Shown here: positions 56,376-64,000 of the stretch, in pieces
Numbering within the stretch: the stretch's first letter is position 1
Layout of the letters: every line of letters begins with the position of its first letter
NCBI GenBank assembly: GCA_963799725.1
Contig: CAWCYJ010000003.1
Coordinates: 9,795 to 73,794, forward strand
Direction: 5' to 3'
DNA: 64,000 nt
Source of the DNA: an uncultured Pseudomonadota bacterium
GTDB lineage: Bacteria; Chloroflexota; UBA5177; JAJPKF01
Program-made: the position numbers and the translations under genes
Notes under the pieces: model-generated
Told to the model about the DNA's origin: nothing
The model's input: the letters and a program-made list of their open reading frames with translations, nothing else
Databases searched by the model: none

Positions 56376-57625
56376 ATGCCAACCCTAGCCGAAGAAATCT
56401 TTAGCCGCAAGCTGAGTCGGGACGTGCAGGCAGGTGAAATCGTCGTGGCGCCTGTCGACTACGTGATGAGCCACGACAACACCACCCCCCTCGCCATCGA
56501 GTCATTCGAGAAGCTCGAGATGCCCATCTGGGACCCGGAACGCGTCATCATCGTCTTCGATCACATGGTGCCCGCTCCCACGCCGCAGGCCGCGGAGCTG
56601 CACACACCGCATCCGAGCCTTCATCGCCGAAGAACGGAATCAAGAAAGTCTTGACGGAAGGCATTTGCCATCAGGTGATGGTGGAGAAGGGATTCATCAC
56701 GCCGGGCGCCATCGTCGTGGGGGCCGATTCCCACTCCTGCACCTATGGCGCGCTGGGGGCCTTCGGCACCGGCATGGGATCGACGGACGCCGCCGTGGTT
56801 TACGCCACCGGACAAGACCTGGTTCCGGGTTCCTGAAACCATTCGAGTCGAGATGTCCGGCGAGCATGGATCCAGGAGTGTTCGCCAAAGACGTCATTCT
56901 GCGTCTCGCCCTGGAGCTTGGACGTTGACGGCGCAACATACCAGGCACTGGAGTTCGGTGGGTCTGCCGTCGAGCGGATGGACCTCGCCGACCGAATGAC
57001 TCTTGCCAACATGACGGTGGAGATGGGCGCCAAAGCCGGGCTGATCGAGCCAAATGAGGAGATCCGTCGGTACGCGGAGAGCGGTCCGGTCATGAGCCGT
57101 TCGAGAGCGTCCATCCCCACGAATCCGGTTTACGTGCGGACGGTGGAGCTTGAACATGTCCGATCTCGAGCCACAGGTAGCCTGCCCATCCGAGGTTTCC
57201 AATGTGGTGGGCGTATCGGAGGTCGAGGGCGAGCACATCGATCAGGTATTCATCGGAACCTGCACAAACGGCAGGCTGGAAGATCTGGAGATCGCCGCGT
57301 CCATCCTGGGCGGCCACAGGTGGCTTCCGACACTCGCTTGGTGGTGACGCCTGCTTCGACCGAGGTCTATCTGGCGGCACTAAGAGCGGGGCCATCGCGG
57401 CTCTTGTGGAGGCGGGCGCCCAGATGACAAACCCCGGATGCGGGCCATGCATCGGCCGGCATCAGGGCGTCTTGGGCGCGGGCGAGAGAGGGCTAACGAC
57501 CCAAAACCGCAATTTCCGGGGGCGCATGGGCCATCCCGACATCGCAGCTCTTCCTGGCGAGTCCGGCCACGGCCGCAGCCACGGCGATAGCCGGTCACAT
57601 CACGGACCCCAGGAGATACATCTAA
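56376..57625 (+). pseudogene. hacA: Homoaconitase / 3-isopropylmalate dehydratase large subunit, at least 5 frameshifts
   Basis: The sequence begins MPTLAEEIFSRKL...[12 protein letters not shown]. Later blocks read [98 protein letters not shown] and NPGCGPCIGRHQGVL. Confidence 0.9.
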
Positions 57626-58113
57626 TGGGACAGAGCCTGGAGTCTTCCGATAACGTCAACACAGACGAGATCATCCCTGGCCGCTACAACGTAACCACCG
57701 ATCGCTCGCAGCTGGCGCGATACTGCCTCTGCGAAGTGCGGCCCGACTTTCCCGAGGGCGTCAAGCCGGGAGATGTCATCGTGGCAGGCCGCAACTTTGG
57801 TTGCGGTTCTCCCGAGAGAACATGCGCCGGTGGCTCTGCAGGCCTGCGGAGTCGAGGCGGTGATCGCGGACTCCTTTGCCCGGATCTTCTACCGAAACGC
57901 CATCAATGTCGGCCTGCCTCTTCTTGATCTGCCCCGAGGCCGTTGCCGCTATAGAAGAGGGTGACGAGGTCACGTTGGATCTCCAAGCCGGCACCATCAG
58001 CAGCCAACGGCACAACATTTCGGTCGGCTCCCATTCCCGCATTCGTCCAGAAGATCGCCGATTCGGGCGGAATACTCGAGTTCATCAAGCAGTACGGCTG
58101 GGAGGGCATTTAG
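57625..58113 (+). pseudogene. hacB: Homoaconitase / isopropylmalate dehydratase small subunit, at least 2 frameshifts
   Basis: A TAATG overlap links it to hacA. The sequence reads NVNTDEIIPGRYN...[63 protein letters not shown] and ILEFIKQYGWEGI then stop. Confidence 0.85.
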
Positions 58114-58968
58114 GTGCGGCTGGCCCTACTCCTCTCCCGGGTTCGCGCCGAGGAGAAGCTGCTGCTCGCAGGAGCTGGAGCGGCGCCGGCGTTGCCCTTC
58201 GATCGAATCGACGACCGGGAGATCGTCTTCGACCTGGAACACATCCCGACCGAATATGACCTGGTGATGGAGCGCTGCATCAATCACTCGCGCGCGTTGT
58301 ACGCGCTGAAGCTATTCAACGATGCAGGCGTGGAAACCGTGAACACGTACCGGGTCGCCGATACCTGCGGCAACAAGATCCTCACTTCGAGCGAGCTTGC
58401 CCGGCACGGCGTTCCCAACCCCAAAACCCTCGTCGCCTTCACCCCGGAGTCGGCACTGGAGGCCATCGAATCCATCGGCTATCCGGCCGTCCTCAAGCCG
58501 GCCATCGGTTCCTGGGGACGGCTGCTCTCCGTGGTGAGCGATCGGTACGCCGCCGAGGCGATTCTCGAGCACAAGGACGTCCTGGGCTCGTTTCATCACT
58601 CCATCTTCTATATCCAGGAATTCGTCGCCAAGCCGGGTAGGGACATCCGCAGCTTCGTGATCGGCGATCGAACCATCGCCGCCATCTATCGGTACTCCGA
58701 CCACTGGATCACCAACACGGCTCGAGGCGGAAGGGCTGAGGGATGCCCGATCACCGATGAGCTTGATGAGATCTCCGCAAAGGCCGCGCGAGCCGTCGGC
58801 GGAGGAATCGTTGCCGTGGACCTGATGGAGACGGAGCGAGGGCTCTTGGTGACTGAGGTCAATTACACCATGGAGTTTCGCAACAGCATCGACACCACCG
58901 GGGTCGACATCCCGGGGAAGATGATCGATTACGTCCTGGAACGAGCTGAAGAGGCTGCTGCCGCGTGA
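58114..58968 (+). CDS. LysX/ArgX-type ATP-grasp ligase (RimK family), copy 2, intact
   Basis: The 284-aa product reads [16 protein letters not shown]...[21 protein letters not shown]...[24 protein letters not shown]...[15 protein letters not shown]...[18 protein letters not shown]. It is roughly half identical by eye to copy 1. Confidence 0.85.
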   Translation: MRLALLLSRVRAEEKLLLAGAGAAPALPFDRIDDREIVFDLEHIPTEYDLVMERCINHSRALYALKLFNDAGVETVNTYRVADTCGNKILTSSELARHGVPNPKTLVAFTPESALEAIESIGYPAVLKPAIGSWGRLLSVVSDRYAAEAILEHKDVLGSFHHSIFYIQEFVAKPGRDIRSFVIGDRTIAAIYRYSDHWITNTARGGRAEGCPITDELDEISAKAARAVGGGIVAVDLMETERGLLVTEVNYTMEFRNSIDTTGVDIPGKMIDYVLERAEEAAAA

Positions 58969-60024
58969 CAGACGAAGAGGCGGTCAAGCTCCTTCGCCGC
59001 CTGGTCGCGGTTCCAAGTCTGACCGGGGAGGAGTCGCCTGCGACCGCCTTCCTCGGCGACGAGATGCGCCGCCGGGACTTCGACGTGACGGTAGATGCTG
59101 CAGGGAATGCCATCGGAGTTCGGCAGGGACGGCCTGGCGGACCGACGCTCATGTTTTTGGGTCATATCGATACGGTGCCGGGAAGCATCGCGGTGCGAGT
59201 GGAGGATGGGCTCCTCTATGGCAGAGGAACCGTCGACGCCAAGGGTCCGCTGGCATGCGCAGTGGCAGCGGCCGCAAGGGCGAACGTCAAGGAAGCGACG
59301 ATCAAAGTCGTGGCCGCCGTGGGGGAGGAAGGGCCGTCCCATGGAGCGAGACATTTGCTCGAAGGTCCGAAGCCCGGATGGGCTCGTCATCGGCGAGCCG
59401 GGTGGCTGGGACTCGATCGTGCTTGGGTACAAGGGAAGCATGCGGGCCGAGATCCGGTTGCAGCAGGCCGTTGGCCACAGCGCAGGTGCCGTACCCGGCG
59501 TTTGCGACACGGCGATTGATGCTTGGATTCGAGTTCGCGAAAGTTGTAGGCAGCTTAGCCGGGGCGATGCCGTCTTCGACACCCTCTCACCGACCCTACT
59601 TGGCCTGGCATCAGGGTCAGACGGCATGGACGAGTGGTCCGTGATTAAGGCAGCGTTTCGGCTGCCCCCAGGCCTGGACGTTGAACAGATGAGGGCGTCG
59701 ATCCAAGAGGCAGTCCACCCCGGGACCATCACGTTCGCGGAGGCGGACGAGGCATTCCGCGCCCCAAGAACCACATCTCTGGTTACAAGCTTCGTTCGGG
59801 CCCTGAGAGCGGGAGGTGCTGTTCCCCGGTTCAAGGTGAAGACCGGAACGTCCGACATGAATGTCGTGGCTCCGGTTTGGAAGTGTCCCACCGTCGCCTA
59901 CGGTCCGGGTGATTCCTCCCTGGACCATACTCCCAACGAGCACATCGACCTCCAGGAGTATCTTCGCTCCGTGAGGATTCTCACGCAGGTCTTCGAGGAA
60001 TGGGGGCAGAGTCGATCATGCTAG
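58965..60024 (+). pseudogene. lysK: [LysW]-lysine/ornithine hydrolase (M20 family, LysK/ArgE-like), 1 frameshift near 59375
   Basis: The sequence reads LLRRLVAVPSLTGEE...LMFLGHIDTVPG...LYGRGTVDAKG...AVGEEGPSHGARHLLEG. It then continues LVIGEPGGWDSIVLGYKGSMRAEIRL...TGTSDMNVV...GPGDSSLDHTPNEHI. Confidence 0.85.
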
Positions 60025-60853
60025 TCGTGAAGATTGGCGGTAGTGCCGGAATCGACTTGGAGGCGTTTCTCACCGATATCGCCTCCCTTGACGAGCCGCT
60101 AATCCTGGTACACGGAGCGAACGCCGAGCTGGATGCGCTGACCCGCAGGCTCGGCACCGAGCCGACACTCGTGACCTCAGCGGACGGCCAGGTCTCTCGA
60201 TTCACCGATGCGACCACCATGGACCTGTTTCTGATGGTTTATGCCGGAAAGGTCAACAAACGGATCGTCGAAGGACTGACCAGACGAGGCCGGAAGGCCG
60301 TCGGGCTCTGCGGCATGGATGGTGGTATCGTAAAGGCCCGTCGAAAGGATGCCATCCGCATCGTCGAAAACGGGAAGCGCGCGGGTGCTGCGGGGAGATT
60401 TCGCCGGAAGTATCGAGAGCATCGATCCGTTCCTGCTGCACTCCCTGCTCGACGCCGGCTACATTCCGGTTCTATGCCCTCCGGCGGTCAGTGACGAGGG
60501 AGACGCGCTCAACGTCGATGGCGACAAGATGGCCATGGAGCTGGCAGTGGCCGTAGGGGCTGAAAAGCTGCTGATCTTCTCGAACACCGCAGGGCTGCTT
60601 CGCGATCCTGCAGATCCGCTCGAGCCTCATCTCAAGCGGTGGATTGGAGGAGATGGGCGATCTGTTGGAGTACGCCCAAGGTCGAATGAAGAAGAAGATT
60701 CTGGCCTCGAAGGCAGCCCTGCAGCGCGGCATCGGAGAGGTGATTCTGGCCGACGCGCGCGTGGCCGAGCCGGTTCGAGCAGCGCTGAACGGCGCGGGTA
60801 CTCACCTTGCCGTGGCTCCCGTTAGGAAGGAATTGGAGGGATCTCTATCATGA
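60018..60853 (+). pseudogene. lysZ: [LysW]-aminoadipate/glutamate kinase (acetylglutamate-kinase family), 2 frameshifts
   Basis: The sequence reads MLVVKIGGSAGIDLEAF...LILVHGANAELD...GKVNKRIVEGL. It then continues VLRGDFAGSIESIDPFLLHSLLDAGYIPVLCPPAVSDEGDALNVDGDKMA and ends MKKKILASKAALQRGIGEVILADAR. Confidence 0.85.
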
Positions 60854-62071
60854 CGACTGCACTTCCGGAAGACCGACCGAAGGAAACCTCGGAGCAAGGG
60901 TCTCACCGCTTTCAGGATCAAGGGGAGATTCACCTCTACAACAAGCGGGAGATTCAGCTGGTTCGGGGCGAGGGCGTCTACCTTTGGGATGACATGGACC
61001 GCCGCTACCTCGACGCCATGAGCAACTACGGCGTCAACGTTCTCGGGCACAAACATCCTGCCGTCGACGCGGCCATCAGGTCTCAGCTCGACAGGCTCAT
61101 GAGCTGCCATCAGAGCTTCTATAACGACGCCAGGGAGGAGTTCGAGAAGACCTTCCTCGCACAGCTACCTCCCGAGCTGCAGCGCGCTGTCTTATGCCAA
61201 CTCGGGCGCCGAGTCGATCGAGGCGGCATTGAAGTACGCTCGGGCTGCCACGGGCCGGCGGAAGATCGTTGCCACCCAGCATGGCTACCACGGACGAACC
61301 ATGGGAGCCCTTTCCATTACCTCGGGTGAGAAGCATCAAGCGCCATTCCGTCCACTTCTTGCGGATTGTGAAGCGGTTGCCTTTGACGATCTCGAGGCCC
61401 TGGAGGCACAGATGCCGGATGCTTCCGCGGTAATCTTGGAGCCGATCCAGGGCGAGGCAGGCGTTAACGTGCCATCCGTCGAGTACCTCAAGGGCGTAAG
61501 GCAGCTTTGTGATCGTCACGCGGCTCTGATGATCCTTGACGAAGTTCAGACAGGAATGGGTAGGACAGGAAGACTGTTCGCGTTCGAACATAGCGGTGTG
61601 ATCCCCGATATCCTGGCAGTATCCAAGGGCATTGCCAACGGCCTTCCCATGGGTGTCACGGTGGTACGGGAAGACATCGCGAGCCGGATCGAGACGGGTG
61701 CGCACGGAAGCACGTTCGCCGGCAATCCTTTGGCCTGCGCGGCGGCAAGCGCGACGGTACAAGCCCTAACCAGCGGCCGGCTTCTGGATGACGTGGCCGC
61801 CAATGGAGCCGTCTTCATTGGAGATCTGAAGGGCTTGAATCAGCGAATGATTCGCGAGGTAAGGGGCGTTGGCTATATGGTGGCTCTCGAGCTGCGTACC
61901 CGCGTGACTCCCTACCTTCGCGCTCTGCAGGAACGGGGTGTTCTGGCCCTGCCGGCAGGCGGCCGCTCCATGCGCCTTCTCCCGCCTCTCATTGCCGAGC
62001 CGCAGCACCTCCGAACGATTGTCGAAACCATCGACACGGTCTTGGCAAGATGCTCAAGGCAGCGCGGCTGA
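60850..62071 (+). pseudogene. lysJ: [LysW]-aminoadipate semialdehyde / acetylornithine aminotransferase (class III), 1 frameshift near 61195
   Basis: An ATGA overlap links it to the upstream gene. The sequence reads VRGEGVYLWDDMDRRYLDAMSNYGVNVLGHKHP. It then continues NSGAESIEAALKYAR...HGYHGRTMGALS...LILDEVQTGMGRTGRLFAFEHSGVIPDILAVSKGIANG. Confidence 0.9.
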
Positions 62072-62093
62072 TCGGCAAGTTAGGGGATCGGGA

Positions 62094-63174
<1,081 letters not shown>

Positions 63175-63234
63175 CCAATCGCCAACGCATCCCCGCCGGG
63201 GCTGCGATCCGGCAGTCCGCAGCCCGTCCAAGGG

Positions 63235-63570
63235 CTACATCGGCTGGAGTGAGTCTCCGGACTCTGCGATCGGAGTGTCGCCTTCCGGCCGCAGGTATGT
63301 GACCTTCATTGGTCCGGTCGCATCTTCTCGATTTCTGTCGACGCTCATGATCCTGTACCCAAGAACGAGCATGCGCGCGGAGTCACGGCGGAATACTTCG
63401 TCGCGGGCATACCTACGGATGACTGCGGCAGGGTAAGCCTTGGTCAACTCCCACTCCTCTTCGTCGTGGAGGCACTTCCACTCGTTTCGGGTGGCGGCAA
63501 GTAGGTGATCGAGGGCGGTGAGTCGACGCGGATGAGGGTGATCGTTAGTTCCATGGCTGCTCCTAACCAA
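63235..63570 (-). CDS. Hypothetical protein
   Basis: This is an intact 111-aa ORF. No family was recognised. Confidence 0.35.
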   Translation of the reverse strand: MVRSSHGTNDHPHPRRLTALDHLLAATRNEWKCLHDEEEWELTKAYPAAVIRRYARDEVFRRDSARMLVLGYRIMSVDRNREDATGPMKVTYLRPEGDTPIAESGDSLQPM

Positions 63571-63732
63571 TCATATCATGACACGATAGAAGCGGCCATC
63601 TTCTGGGTTTCACCGCATAGACGCTCCCAATGCCCGTGCCCGATCCCGAACTTCATTCGCCGGCGCTGCACGGCGATGACATCCTGGCCACGCCGTCAAT
63701 GCTTGATCGGAGCTTGAACGGCTCCAGCCCTG

Positions 63733-63969
63733 CTACTGGTTGCCGGATGGCTTGCGAGGCAAGCGATTCGATTTCAGTTTCGCCCACTCTGCTCGTTTTG
63801 GCGGCTTATCGACACCGGCCTGATGGAGGGCAGGTCCGAGGCGACTATTCATGAACGCTTCTTGATCTTGCTTTGTCTGCCATACCTCGACCACGATCCA
63901 GCCATCTTGGGTACGTCCGGCCGTGTGGCTGATGATACCGGGGGGCCAATTGCCGTCATCGCTTGACAT
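63733..63969 (-). CDS. Small hypothetical protein (ABM/dimeric alpha-beta-barrel-like by eye)
   Basis: The 78-aa product reads GIISHTAGRTQDGWIVVEVWQTKQDQEAFMNSRLGPALHQAG. The C-terminus may be frameshifted. Confidence 0.35.
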   Translation of the reverse strand: MSSDDGNWPPGIISHTAGRTQDGWIVVEVWQTKQDQEAFMNSRLGPALHQAGVDKPPKRAEWAKLKSNRLPRKPSGNQ

Positions 63970-64000
63970 GTCAATGCCCAGGTTCCGGTTGACGCTCTCA

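Overview
GC-rich bacterial chromosomal segment. Gene content (SCO1664-family, DinB, AlkZ-like, DUF2461, LysW pathway, T-box with intrinsic terminator) suggests a terrabacterial lineage such as Chloroflexota or Actinomycetota; this is inference only. I can support about 70 protein-coding loci, one tRNA, one T-box leader, and several operators, promoters, terminators and repeats.

Main blocks:
- (1) a TM-GAF histidine kinase / NarL-type regulator pair
- (2) an orphan b6-type cytochrome b operon with unusual partners, preceded by a 485-bp ORF-free region
- (3) a GT-C glycosyltransferase embedded in a segmental duplication that also involves a Bcs1-like AAA ATPase and a 51-aa upstream ORF
- (4) DNA-repair and DinB-type genes
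- (5) a tRNA-Gly(UCC) with a non-canonical D-loop/T-loop pair
- (6) a CsoR-controlled permease-YHS operon and a MerR regulator with a cysteine-rich tail
- (7) a cupredoxin / beta-propeller / Ig-like secreted cluster followed by an ECF sigma factor coupled to a Rieske-domain membrane protein
- (8) housekeeping genes: acyl-CoA ligase, recX, PpiC lipoprotein, hemA, IDH-family
- (9) a complete LysW-type (alpha-aminoadipate) lysine biosynthesis cluster with two LysX paralogs and an internal T-box leader whose specifier reads AAG (Lys)

A dominant technical and biological issue is that roughly 50 or more +/-1 frameshifts (by-eye count) interrupt otherwise well-conserved genes. They are strongly clustered (1-3 kb, 4.3-5 kb, 13.5-17.8 kb, 54-63 kb). 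I call those loci pseudogene as sequenced but suspect consensus indel errors.

No CRISPR array, transposase, integrase or prophage genes were seen. All coordinates of frameshifted genes are my reconstructions from the six-frame track and the raw sequence.
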